From the IMG/VR virus record IMGVR_UViG_3300032053_000042, positions 12,124-76,123 of that record: a stretch of 64,000 nucleotides of DNA; one strand, 5' to 3'. Below the pieces are notes generated by a model. The model had not been told where the DNA came from, made no database searches, and worked only from the letters and a program-made list of their open reading frames with translations. The DNA is from a virus. Positions within the stretch are counted from its first letter, which is position 1, and every line of letters starts with the position of its first letter. This document shows, piece after piece, positions 18,737 to 27,966 of this stretch. Both the position numbers and the translations under genes were made by a program.

Positions 18737-19029
18737 AATGGTCCCTCCCAGGTCCTCGCCTCGGCTATACCTTGCTCGAGAAGGTCTATACACTCTTTAA
18801 CCCAAGTAGGGGTCTGTGCCAACGGCTGCCGACGCTCAATTTCGTTTTGCACAATCTCATGTACCTCGTCGTTTCCTCGCTCGAGTATGTCGGCTAGCTG
18901 CTTAAGGGGAGCCTCTCGAATAGCTCTCGTAAAGAGCTCTCGCTGTCCATCTGGAGTGAGGCTCTCCACGATCTTGCGTGTCCAGGACCACAGGTAGTCG
19001 TGCATGAACTCTGACGCACTCTTGCTCAT
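18733..19029 (-). CDS. hypothetical protein
   Basis: ATGA coupling; ends WEGPL. Confidence 0.6.
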   Translation of the reverse strand: MSKSASEFMHDYLWSWTRKIVESLTPDGQRELFTRAIREAPLKQLADILERGNDEVHEIVQNEIERRQPLAQTPTWVKECIDLLEQGIAEARTWEGPL

Positions 19030-19427
19030 AATGGTCCCTCCCAGTGTGCTCGTTTCCAGTCTTCGAGCTGTAGGGTAAGTTCACGATTACGTGTTTCGAG
19101 TTCACAGCGCTGCCGAATGAGCTCGTCGATTCGAGCGTACAGATTGACCACACCCGTGTGGATGTCCAGCTCAGCCTTTGTGGCCGGATGATAGCGCGTT
19201 TCGGTACCGAATACTTCGCACACCATATAGATTCGATCGTCTGGTTGTGGCACAGGTTGTGGTACAGGTTGTGGCCTATTAAGTACTCGTCGGAGAACTT
19301 CGTTGCTTTTCTGTAGCTCGCCTATGGTATACTCACGACTTCGTAGCGTATCAGTCAGCTTGTCCAGCTGGTCACGTAGTACAAGGTTGTTTAGGGCGTC
19401 GTTGTAGAAGCTAAGTGCTGGGCTCAT
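19026..19427 (-). CDS. hypothetical coiled-coil protein
   Basis: AAGGAGGAG RBS; ends WEGPL. Confidence 0.6.
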   Translation of the reverse strand: MSPALSFYNDALNNLVLRDQLDKLTDTLRSREYTIGELQKSNEVLRRVLNRPQPVPQPVPQPDDRIYMVCEVFGTETRYHPATKAELDIHTGVVNLYARIDELIRQRCELETRNRELTLQLEDWKRAHWEGPL

Positions 19428-20374
19428 GACTCCTCCTTGATATTGGTACAGCACTCGTTACACACTACTTTCCCATGTACCACCCTAGACCACCCTCTAC
19501 TGTTAGGCGCTTCACTGGTCTTGCCGCACAAGACGCACGACAACCTTTGGGTGTTAGCGTATACTCTTGACGCCTGCCCAAGGCAAGCTACGCACATGTT
19601 TCTGTTACCTGCCTGTGTTGCAATCCAACCTAGCGTCTCTCCTTCGGGGATTGGTAGTTCGCAAACCCGACATATTCTACTTGTGTCGTCAATCCTGGAG
19701 GCAGGCTCATCGTGCTCCATCTCGTCGAGCATTCTGTATTCTTCTTCCGTTGGTGTCTTCGTACATCCAGGCGGCGGTACGATGTACTTTCTCATCCCTA
19801 GCTTGTGCGCCGCTGCCTCGATTTGAGCGTCGGTGGCTTGGCCAAACATTTCTGCGTTAAAGGCAGATGGTTTGAGCCATACATACAGCGTCTCGCCTGG
19901 CTCGCTAGTCGAGGCCAGCTTGGTAGCCTCGTCTAGACAGCATAATCGGTCACAGGCTTCACGAAGGGTTAACAACTTCGCTTTATAATTTACCAGTACC
20001 TGGACAATTGCCTGGTGAATCTCATTGGACGATTGGGCTGGCTCAGGTGTAGGCGCTGGTCGAAAGGCTTCTTCGATACGATGCTCGATCTCCTTCACAG
20101 CCCGCTCTCGGAAGGAGACGTCGTGCATGTCACCACGTGGAGTGTAGGCATGTGAAGCATACGTCACAAGTTCCCAGATAGACATATCTGTGATAGGCTT
20201 ATCGGATAGCGATAGCGTTTGCGGCTGATAGCCCCAGATAGTACGGTTACGCCAGTCTTCGAGTGCTTTGATTCGCTCCTCCTGAGCACCAAGACGCACG
20301 TCGCGCTCGTTTAGAGCCTCTGCGACCATCCGGTTAATAGTGTTGACGAGCTTTTCTGGGTCGAAGTCTGTCAT
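19424..20374 (-). CDS. hypothetical protein with C-terminal Zn fingers
   Basis: CRVC...CVAC, CVLC...CNEC. Confidence 0.65.
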   Translation of the reverse strand: MTDFDPEKLVNTINRMVAEALNERDVRLGAQEERIKALEDWRNRTIWGYQPQTLSLSDKPITDMSIWELVTYASHAYTPRGDMHDVSFRERAVKEIEHRIEEAFRPAPTPEPAQSSNEIHQAIVQVLVNYKAKLLTLREACDRLCCLDEATKLASTSEPGETLYVWLKPSAFNAEMFGQATDAQIEAAAHKLGMRKYIVPPPGCTKTPTEEEYRMLDEMEHDEPASRIDDTSRICRVCELPIPEGETLGWIATQAGNRNMCVACLGQASRVYANTQRLSCVLCGKTSEAPNSRGWSRVVHGKVVCNECCTNIKEES

Positions 20375-20458
20375 TGTATCCTCCTGCTCTTTCTATGGGT
20401 ATTGATTTATCGTAACATTCTCTGCATCGATAAATGTTTCCATCATAACAACTAAATG

Positions 20459-20887
20459 TTACAATGACATCTGGCATACTAAGCACCTTTCCCCACAATC
20501 TGCACACCTACCTGAAGGAGTAGACTCTGACTGTGGTGCAGGCGTAGGTTCGGTAGGCTTGGACTCGACTGAAACTCGCTGGAGCGCTTCCATAGCAGTT
20601 TGTTGGGCCTTCTCGGCCTCGACTTTAGCCCACCACTCGTCGTTCAACTCGAGTAGACGAGCCTGGGTCATTTCGCCTCTGCTCTCGCCCTCACCAATGA
20701 ACTGTACCTGATAGCCACCGAAGCGCTTGTGCCATTCTACTTGACGCTCTGGACGATGAGCTTCTAGGTCGCCTTTGGCAAAGCCTCCATCGCTGCACAG
20801 GTGGTTGGCTAGGCCTTCACCTGTCTCAGCGATAAGAGTGTAGAGTCCTTCGCCAAGGTCGTCAGGCCCAAGGATGTATAGTTTCAT
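20459..20887 (-). CDS. hypothetical protein
   Basis: GGAGG RBS, ATGA coupling. Confidence 0.6.
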   Translation of the reverse strand: MKLYILGPDDLGEGLYTLIAETGEGLANHLCSDGGFAKGDLEAHRPERQVEWHKRFGGYQVQFIGEGESRGEMTQARLLELNDEWWAKVEAEKAQQTAMEALQRVSVESKPTEPTPAPQSESTPSGRCADCGERCLVCQMSL

Positions 20888-21240
20888 CGCTGTCCTCCAG
20901 TTTCCTGTGGCCTGTGGGCCCGTAGTAAGCGCAGGTATGAGATGGTCTCACGAACTCTAGGCAATTGAAGCTCTGTACCTAGGTCTTCCCAGACGAGCTG
21001 GAACTTAGGGTCGTTGGAGACGATGCGCGCTAGGCCTTCCTGGTTATGGTACAGTAGACGCGTTGAGTATCTTGGCATCTCCTTGATAGAAGTCGGCCAA
21101 GTCTGCTGGCGACCACACAGAGCTTGCCAGGCTAGATAACGCGCTTGGCTAGGGGACTTTGCAATGACCAGCTCTTTGACTGTCGAGAATGTCTCGCGAA
21201 CTAGGTACAGGTTAAGGTTAAGGCCAGAGTTGAGTTTCAT
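20884..21240 (-). CDS. hypothetical protein
   Basis: ATGA coupling. Confidence 0.55.
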   Translation of the reverse strand: MKLNSGLNLNLYLVRETFSTVKELVIAKSPSQARYLAWQALCGRQQTWPTSIKEMPRYSTRLLYHNQEGLARIVSNDPKFQLVWEDLGTELQLPRVRETISYLRLLRAHRPQETGGQR

Positions 21241-21821
21241 TTTGAAACTCCCTGGGAGCCTTCCATAGTATCCTGTGCGACCTCTGCGCGTTCGATGTGC
21301 TCGCTGGTTGCTGCTTGCTCTCGTGCAATCAGTTCACGATCGGCCACACAGGCCATGCAGGTAGCGCGCAAGCCGTCGTCTTCATATGCGTCGACTTCGA
21401 AGGCACTAATAGGTTTGGCCTGGCCACAGGCGGCGCAGTGTTTGACTAGCTCGATGCCCTCTGCATCCGCTTTTGCCCATCGGCGTTTGAACTTGAACAG
21501 GAACTGGTACTTTCGTGAAGCTCTAGATGGTGCGTCTTCTCCTTCCTTCGAAATGAATCCGCCTAGCACAGGTGCAGACTCGGTCTTGATAGGAAATACG
21601 TCTTGGAGAACTCGTACGTCGATAGCGTTCTGAGCTTTCTCCATAAAGTAGCAGACGATACAGGTGTCCTCTAGGCCGTCCTCGATTAGGTTACTGATAG
21701 CGAACTCAGTAACGGGCTTTGCGGTTTGACAGAGAACGCACTGCTTAACTACTACTTTATCCTGTGCTCCAGCCTCGCGCCGCTTTCGTTGCAGCTCAAT
21801 GAGTTGAGTACTATTTAGCAT
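21237..21821 (-). CDS. tandem Zn-finger protein
   Basis: two copies of KxCxxCxxAKPxxxF...DGLxxTCxxC; first gene after the promoter at 21985-22013. Confidence 0.7.
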   Translation of the reverse strand: MLNSTQLIELQRKRREAGAQDKVVVKQCVLCQTAKPVTEFAISNLIEDGLEDTCIVCYFMEKAQNAIDVRVLQDVFPIKTESAPVLGGFISKEGEDAPSRASRKYQFLFKFKRRWAKADAEGIELVKHCAACGQAKPISAFEVDAYEDDGLRATCMACVADRELIAREQAATSEHIERAEVAQDTMEGSQGVSK

Positions 21822-21836
21822 TGTTGAGCCTCCTTT

Positions 21837-21868
21837 CGTTCGTTCGTTCGTTCGTTCGTTCGTTCGTT
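21837..21868. repeat. (CGTT)8 microsatellite abutting the RBS of 21237-21821
   Basis: eight perfect CGTT copies. Confidence 0.9.
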
Positions 21869-21984
21869 CTCGGCCCGTACACGACTATCGATTTCACGCC
21901 GAGCCTGCTTGTGCGCCCCTCGAATAGCGAATTAGCTTGATTAGGGCCCGTGCGCGTGCACCCGAACTAACTTAAACTGTCCTT

Positions 21985-22013
21985 ATTATACATTATTTCA
22001 AACCAAAAGTCTA
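21985..22013 (-). promoter_or_regulatory. sigma70-type early promoter P1
   Basis: TAGACT-17 bp-TATAAT; spacer ends AAATAATG as in the related copies. Confidence 0.75.
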
Positions 22014-22505
22014 CGTACCAACGAGGCAATTTCGAGTTTTCGCGCAGCGCAAAATGTATTTGATTTTTAGGGTAGTAGGATGTCAACTTAAATAGTAGGG
22101 CGACACAGTTGGTGTATGCTGGGCACATCTATATGCCATACTCTAGTCGGCTGAAGCGTTCAAGGATATGGATATGTGTGTTATATCACTCTACTTGCCA
22201 CATTTTGACTTTAGATGCCATACGGCGTTATCTAGTGTACGTGGCCCAGGATTGCACAGGTGGTTAGCATTGGCACTCTGGAATGGCATCAAAGGGTTCG
22301 GTCGAAAGCCACCAAGTATAAAATACCGCAAGGACTTGGCAACGGGCGTTATCGAGTGAGCTTTCCGTAATGCCATGTGGATCCTACATGTCCCAAAGTC
22401 TAGACATAATAGGTCTAAATTAGAATAGTGAGTATAAAGGGGTCCCCCTATATACACGCTTTTAGAACCTACAAAATCTATTTAGTTGAGGGTTCGAATC
22501 TAGGA

Positions 22506-22550
22506 ATATACATACATATATACACATATCTATATATATATATATCTATA
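22506..22550. repeat. alternating TA-rich tract in a ~1.2-kb non-coding region
   Basis: atatacatacatatatacacatatctatatatatatatatctata. Confidence 0.7.
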
Positions 22551-23011
22551 TCCTTATATGCTTACTAGTGGCGCTCTGGTGATTGTAGCGATTGGCCGTG
22601 TATGTATGTGTGAAAACGTATAAAAAACAGCAAGGGCAATCCACGGCTCCGAACCTAAGTTATAGCTCCATTCGATTTGAGTCCTCGGTGAATTGTAGAT
22701 GGGATCAATGAAGTTCGCAATTTTTGGAAAGTGGACTTGTCCATGATCTTTCCCTTTTGCGATTCTTATACACCCTGTTGGCACCCTGTTGGTCTCGGCG
22801 CCTTTCGTGTTCGGGTGGACAAACTCGCTATACCCCTTCCATAGGCGACTCGCCCTGGGCTTGCCTACGGTACCAATCATGAAAGACATGCACTGTGATG
22901 TGCCCAGAAAGAGTACATACTCCGTGTTACCCCGTGGGCGCCCTGTATCAGGCGTTCGCGCACGAGGACTGACCTAGGGCTCTGACGTGAACTGGCGCTT
23001 CGTACATCGAC

Positions 23012-23048
23012 AAAGGAAAAGGCGCCAGCCAATTTCTTGGCTGACGCC
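23012..23048 (-). terminator. intrinsic terminator
   Basis: GGCGTCAGCCAA-GAAA-TTGGCTGGCGCC followed by TTTTCCTTT, after the gene at 23070-23546. Confidence 0.7.
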
Positions 23049-23069
23049 CTACCTCTCTGAGGCGTCGGA

Positions 23070-23546
23070 CTAGAGCTTGTTGAGCAAATTGCTGAAGTCC
23101 GCTGGTACTGCGGGCTCGGTGGTCACGACGGTCTCACCGGGCTCGTTGTCGTCCTCAGCGTCTTCAATCTCTGTATCGCCTGCTGGGTTAGCCGCGGCCT
23201 CGGCTAAAGCCTTCTCGGTCAGGCTGGCGATAATCGCGTTCAAGACCTGGATGGTAGTAGCCTGGGCAGGTCCTACGGCGATCAGATCCTGTACGAGTTT
23301 CTTGGTTGCACGTGCGTGACGAAGCTGGGTGCCAGAGCTGACACCGGCTGCACGAGCCTCACCGCGCTCGGGCGGGACGAACTTGGCCAGAGAGGCCTCT
23401 TCGAGTAGCAGATGGCCCATCTCATCGCGGACCCACGCAATACTGCCTGCGTGGACGTACTGACGAGTTCGCGCTGTGCTGCGACCGATCTTGGTGGCTG
23501 CCTGTCGTAGCGTAACATAACCTTGCTTACCTGTAGCTGCTGACAT
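23070..23546 (-). CDS. Xis/MerR-like HTH protein with acidic tail
   Basis: YVTLRQAATKIGRSTARTRQYVHAGSI; similar to 28924-29352. Confidence 0.65.
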   Translation of the reverse strand: MSAATGKQGYVTLRQAATKIGRSTARTRQYVHAGSIAWVRDEMGHLLLEEASLAKFVPPERGEARAAGVSSGTQLRHARATKKLVQDLIAVGPAQATTIQVLNAIIASLTEKALAEAAANPAGDTEIEDAEDDNEPGETVVTTEPAVPADFSNLLNKL

Positions 23547-23682
23547 AGTTGTGTAGCCTCCTTCGTGTGTACTGTAACTTATGGTAGCCTGGCCTTGCTG
23601 ACCAGCGAGCCTCGAACCAGAAAGCGTGTGCGTTTATTTCATTGATGCCCTCCTTTTGCTTACTGTTCAATCTTACCTATAT

Positions 23683-23711
23683 AGCATACAACATTTCAGA
23701 TTGAAAGTCCA
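23683..23711 (-). promoter_or_regulatory. sigma70-type early promoter P2
   Basis: TGGACT-17 bp-TATGCT, upstream CGTTGTTACG shared with P5. Confidence 0.65.
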
Positions 23712-23804
23712 CGTAACAACGTCGATTTTTCGGATTTTGCGTAGCGCAGTATTTCAGGTTATTAAGGTGCTACCACAAACTCACCTAGCGCCTTCCATAT
23801 GGTC

Positions 23805-24008
23805 CTAGCGATTAGCGGTGTAGCAGTTGAGCCCGAGCTTGACCTCTGGCCGCCCAGGAACTGGGACGTTACCACTAGTGGTGGCAATCATCAGCGACTT
23901 GCCAGAGCCGCTAGGGGTCTTGGCAACTTTGTCGAGCTCTATCTCGATGATGAGCTTCGAGCCTTGCAGGGACATCTTGATGTTGCTCTGTGGTGTAAGT
24001 GTTTCCAT
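23805..24008 (-). CDS. small beta-rich hypothetical protein
   Basis: AAGGAGG RBS, start METLT; SGSGKSLMIATTSGN...LGLNCY. Confidence 0.65.
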   Translation of the reverse strand: METLTPQSNIKMSLQGSKLIIEIELDKVAKTPSGSGKSLMIATTSGNVPVPGRPEVKLGLNCYTANR

Positions 24009-24171
24009 GTTACCTCCTTTCGTTAGGAATCGAAACTCGCGTAGCGCCTTCCATATGGGCAAGCCTCTGACTTCCAGGCACGCCCAGCCCCTAGCCCTAA
24101 GGTCCTGTCCGTTCAATCTAGGTGGCGCGTGTATGGGCCCCTCGCTAGGAGAGGCCCATCGTATCCGACGC

Positions 24172-24396
24172 CTAGGCGACGTAGAAGCTGGTCATCCAGC
24201 GTTCGTGGATCAGGTGCAAGACGTCCGGACCATCCCATCTGGTGATAGCACCGTGACCGTATTGTTGCGCGTCAATCGCCTTATTCAGAAGGCGGTTGCG
24301 CTGAACTCCTAGAGTAGCAGGCGGAGCCCAGCTTTCCACGAGCTTGAATCCATCGATGACTCGGAAGATCTGGTAGCCTTTGAATGGTTTGCACAT
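24172..24396 (-). CDS. hypothetical protein
   Basis: AAGGAGG RBS. Confidence 0.55.
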   Translation of the reverse strand: MCKPFKGYQIFRVIDGFKLVESWAPPATLGVQRNRLLNKAIDAQQYGHGAITRWDGPDVLHLIHERWMTSFYVA

Positions 24397-24545
24397 GTTA
24401 GCGGGTTTCCTCCTTCAGTATCTCACCACAAGCTTGGCAGACCTTATATGAGTGGTGCCCACTGTGGAGCCACTTGTAGCTCGTGTGTGGACAGGTTTGA
24501 CGCTCCATCGACGCGCCCTGGGCCTTCTTCGTGGCCATGACGAAC

Positions 24546-24809
24546 TTACGACGATAGCTGGTTCGCGTGCTCACTCTGTGCCTCCTTAACTGTTGTGATG
24601 TCGACGCTTACGCACTGGCCTGTGGTTGGGTGGGCCATTGTAGCACAGGAGACCCTACCGTCAGCCTTGGTGCACCAGTTGATCTTGTAGCCCTTAGCCT
24701 TCAGGGCCTCGACTAGCTGGTCAACCACGGTGTAGGCCTCGGCTAAGGTTGTGACCTCCTTGAGCTCGTTGCCTTTCGTACCTGTGGCATGAAGACGTAC
24801 TTGGATCAT
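24546..24809 (-). CDS. hypothetical protein
   Basis: AGGAGG RBS. Confidence 0.6.
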   Translation of the reverse strand: MIQVRLHATGTKGNELKEVTTLAEAYTVVDQLVEALKAKGYKINWCTKADGRVSCATMAHPTTGQCVSVDITTVKEAQSEHANQLSS

Positions 24810-24810
24810 G

Positions 24811-25080
24811 TTACCTCCTTTCTTCGTGGGTTTCTGAGCGCGCTTCGATAGCGATGGCCAGTAGCTCGTTGGTCGAGAAGTCGTGAGGAGCTACTTCTAG
24901 TATGGCCATATGTACGACTATTTCTTCGAGTACTCCTTTAGGGGAGTTACGAAAGCCGAGATGTAGATGCTGGTACTCCTTGTAGTAGGCAGCATAGAAC
25001 GCGTCGAACTCGACTGCGTACGTGGCAAGGATGCTACGTGTGGCGGTCCACGGCTTTCTAGGAACCTGTGGTAAGTTCAC
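24811..25080 (-). CDS. hypothetical protein
   Basis: GTGA coupling with the upstream gene, GAGGAG RBS. Confidence 0.55.
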   Translation of the reverse strand: MNLPQVPRKPWTATRSILATYAVEFDAFYAAYYKEYQHLHLGFRNSPKGVLEEIVVHMAILEVAPHDFSTNELLAIAIEARSETHEERR

Positions 25081-25427
25081 TTAACTCCTCGGTAGCCCAG
25101 GCTCTGTACGACAAGAGCAGCCTGTGTAATAGCAAGCTGCTCGACGTTCAGTATCTTCTCTTTCGACTTAGCTGTAGTCGTACGCCACCCACCACAGTAG
25201 AACATGTTACGGATGCACCCGGTTTTGAGGTCTAGTAAGCGTACGCGGTCCCAACCGTAGCTGTGCCTGTATGTACCATCCTCTTGTCGCGTACTCCACT
25301 TCCGGATAGCCACAAACTTGTAGCCTCGTTTCGTAGCGCGCTGGATGTACTTCTCCAGTTCTGCTTGTAGGTCCTTTTGGTACTGCTCACCTTCGGACCA
25401 CCCTTCATGACGCTGTAGCTTACTCAT
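25077..25427 (-). CDS. early paralogue family member 1 (unknown function)
   Basis: RHEGW...LEKYIQRATKRG...DRVRLLD...FYCGGW. Confidence 0.7.
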   Translation of the reverse strand: MSKLQRHEGWSEGEQYQKDLQAELEKYIQRATKRGYKFVAIRKWSTRQEDGTYRHSYGWDRVRLLDLKTGCIRNMFYCGGWRTTTAKSKEKILNVEQLAITQAALVVQSLGYRGVK

Positions 25428-25540
25428 GCTGCTCCTTTTCTGGTCTCTGGTTTGTGAGAACACGACACATAGTAGGAAAGAGATGGGTCACATTCATGTA
25501 CGCTCCTTTCTAATACTCACTATCCAATCGTTACAAAGTT

Positions 25541-25569
25541 AGTATACATTATTTTGGGAAAAAAGTCCA
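25541..25569 (-). promoter_or_regulatory. sigma70-type early promoter P3
   Basis: TGGACT-17 bp-TATACT, spacer ending AAATAATG. Confidence 0.7.
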
Positions 25570-26132
25570 CCAACCTCGGCATGTTCCGGTCAGCGTGGTT
25601 TTCTTGCAGAGGAACAAACTATAGCGCTGGTTCCAGCCGGGCCTTTTCTTGGTACCACAAACTCTGGTAACTGTTCCACCGGGGCGGATTGTGGGTACGT
25701 GAGATCTAAGCGCTATAGACTCTTGAGCTGGTTCCAGCGGGACCAGAAAGTGGGCACGACAAACTCAAGCGCTGGTTCCACCCGGACCTGAATCTTGTCA
25801 CCTGGAAAGTTGGTACCTACGCAAGGGATCCGAGGGGCGAGGTGAGCGTTATGGAAGCCCTAGGCTATCTGGGAGTATAGGTCGAGACGCCACAATAAAG
25901 TGCACTAGCTACTCTAGGGCATCGTTTTGTACCAAGCGATCTAACTATGTTGCTAGTTCCAGCGGCGGGAGATCCGGTCACCACTTGCCAAGGCGCTGGT
26001 ACCTGCCGGTACGGGACTTTGGTCCTACTTTTAGGAATGTTGAAAAAGTGGTACCAACGAGGAGGCGGTTTTGGTACCAATAACGCCAATTGGATGGTAC
26101 CAACTTGGAAGCGAGGAAGGGTCCGGTAGCAG

Positions 26133-26164
26133 AAGGCCGCCTAGGTCAATTCCTAGGCGACCTT
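26133..26164 (-). terminator. hairpin, probable terminator
   Basis: AAGGTCGCCTAGGAATTGACCTAGGCGGCCTT just after the stop of 26183-26611. Confidence 0.55.
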
Positions 26165-26182
26165 AGAAGTGGTTAGTCGTTA

Positions 26183-26611
26183 CTACTTAACCTCTTCTGG
26201 AGGTATACATTCGATGCAAGTACCCTTGGTGCAACCTTCGCAAGGTTCGTCTGGATTAGGGCCAATCGCTCCTAGGATCTTCTTTGACCAGGCCCTCGCT
26301 TCGTCGTGCCGTTTCTCCAGGTACTTATGAAGCTTGACTAATCCTTCAACGACTATAACTTCGGGTTGCTTCCGAACCAGGTTCCCGTAGTAGTTCTGGA
26401 CAATCTGTTGGCAGTAGCGAAGTATTCGTACGTTCTCGGGTGTGGGAATACTAAGCGCCTTGTCCATGGCTTCCTCTTGTTCTCGTACGTAGGTATAGAA
26501 CTGCTTCATTGCTTCTGTTCCTGATAGCTGCTCCACAAATAGCTCGATCAATTGTTGGAGCTCATGCTGCATGGCCGATATTCTTGTCGTTTCGCTCATT
26601 CCGGTTTCCAC
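26183..26611 (-). CDS. hypothetical helical protein with C-terminal Cys cluster
   Basis: AAGGAG RBS; CEGCTKGTCIEC. Confidence 0.65.
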   Translation of the reverse strand: METGMSETTRISAMQHELQQLIELFVEQLSGTEAMKQFYTYVREQEEAMDKALSIPTPENVRILRYCQQIVQNYYGNLVRKQPEVIVVEGLVKLHKYLEKRHDEARAWSKKILGAIGPNPDEPCEGCTKGTCIECIPPEEVK

Positions 26612-26671
26612 GTTCGTTTGCTCCTTTTGTTTGGCCTGGGCGACTTTTGGTCACCCAGGCTTTGGTTAAGG

Positions 26672-27037
26672 CTAGTTAGCCGCTGGGAACATCTTATGGA
26701 TCTCTTCTTCTAAGGTTCCTGGAAATAGTGCTTCGGCACCTCCTTCGTGCCTACGAACTAGGCCTGCCATTCTAGATGCGTCTGTTGCTGGTAGGTCCTT
26801 TCCGGCTTTGCTCCATCCTCCGCAGTAGAAAAGGTTGCGCTGGATTCCGGTCTTGCAATCCAAAAGGCGCACTCGATTGGTGTGGTGCGGACGATAGTGG
26901 TCATAAGAAATGGTATTCCAAGTCTTAACCACTACAAAGTACCAACCTCGTTTACTTGCACGCAGAATATACTTGTCCAGTTCTGGCTGCAAGTTTTCCT
27001 TGAATACTCCTACAAACCATCCTTCTTCGCGCTCCAT
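26672..27037 (-). CDS. early paralogue family member 2
   Basis: REEGW...LDKYILRASKRG...NRVRLLD...FYCGGW. Confidence 0.7.
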   Translation of the reverse strand: MEREEGWFVGVFKENLQPELDKYILRASKRGWYFVVVKTWNTISYDHYRPHHTNRVRLLDCKTGIQRNLFYCGGWSKAGKDLPATDASRMAGLVRRHEGGAEALFPGTLEEEIHKMFPAAN

Positions 27038-27148
27038 GTTCGTTTGCTCCTTTGTTCTAGTGCACACAATGTTTGGGACATGATCTTGGAACCAATTTAA
27101 TAGTGTTATTAACTTATTGGCTTATCCTTTCTTAACTATTATATAGGT

Positions 27149-27177
27149 ATTATACATTATTTCCGATAAAAAGTCAA
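27149..27177 (-). promoter_or_regulatory. sigma70-type early promoter P4
   Basis: TTGACT-17 bp-TATAAT. Confidence 0.8.
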
Positions 27178-27410
27178 CGAACCTGTGCTAGTTCTGGACA
27201 GAGTAAAATATGATCAGATCAACAAACTCTGGTAGCTGTTCCAGAGGGTCATGGATTTAGAACCAAGTAACAGCGTAACAATTTATAATGGATATAGAAG
27301 TTGATACCACTTGCCATATCGTTGGTACCAACACATGGAGAAGTTGTTGGCGAGTAGTAACAGGATTTGATTCTTATATTTTGCTGAGCGCGTGCCGACA
27401 CGTTGTTACG

Positions 27411-27439
27411 TTGACTTTTAGTTTGAAATAATGTATACT
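27411..27439 (+). promoter_or_regulatory. sigma70-type early promoter P5 (divergent from P4)
   Basis: TTGACT-17 bp-TATACT, spacer ending AAATAATG. Confidence 0.8.
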
Positions 27440-27580
27440 ATATTTAGATTAACATGAAGTTAATCAACTTAATAGTGTTAAGAAAGAGAGTGACAATAAG
27501 TTTAGTAACAAAACATTTTCTCAAGTCATACAGTTCTTGTAGAGTCGAAAGAGTCACAACAGAACAGAGGAGAGCACAAA

Positions 27581-27901
27581 ATGCAGTTCGACAAAAAGAT
27601 CTTAACAGAGTTACAAGAGAAGTCAATAAAGTTCTATCAGCTGACAAAAGAGCAGATAGTACAGTGGTCAACTAAAGAAGCAGGTAGCTGGATTGCACAT
27701 CCTGAAACAGTAGTTGCTGCTTATGCTGCTGAGAGAAATAATGTTGACTTCATCGTTATTGCACAGTTCGATGATAATGCTTTCATGGTCTTCACTGAAG
27801 GTGTCAACATTCAAGAAGAACTCTGTTATGAAGAGTACGATGAGTTAGTTGCACTGAATCAGTGGTACGTAGTAGTTAATGAGTACTTTCTCAGTAACTA
27901 A
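27581..27901 (+). CDS. small acidic protein, single-gene early unit (candidate DNA mimic / anti-defence)
   Basis: GAGGAG RBS; 18 D/E vs 7 K/R, no basic residue after position 52; own promoter and terminator. Confidence 0.7.
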   Translation: MQFDKKILTELQEKSIKFYQLTKEQIVQWSTKEAGSWIAHPETVVAAYAAERNNVDFIVIAQFDDNAFMVFTEGVNIQEELCYEEYDELVALNQWYVVVNEYFLSN

Positions 27902-27924
27902 GTAACTGTAGAGCAGAGTTAAGA

Positions 27925-27966
27925 AGAGTACAGAGTTGAGCAATCGATTCTGTACTCTCTTTATGT
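27925..27966 (+). terminator. probable intrinsic terminator
   Basis: AGAGTACAGA...TCTGTACTCT stem then CTTTATGT. Confidence 0.6.

Noticed and set aside
22490-22503. GGTTCGAATC as another T-loop element
   Set aside because: Flanks do not pair into a T stem or acceptor stem
22168-22977. Short ORFs in the non-coding block
   Set aside because: Overlapping on both strands with no RBS or recognisable motifs
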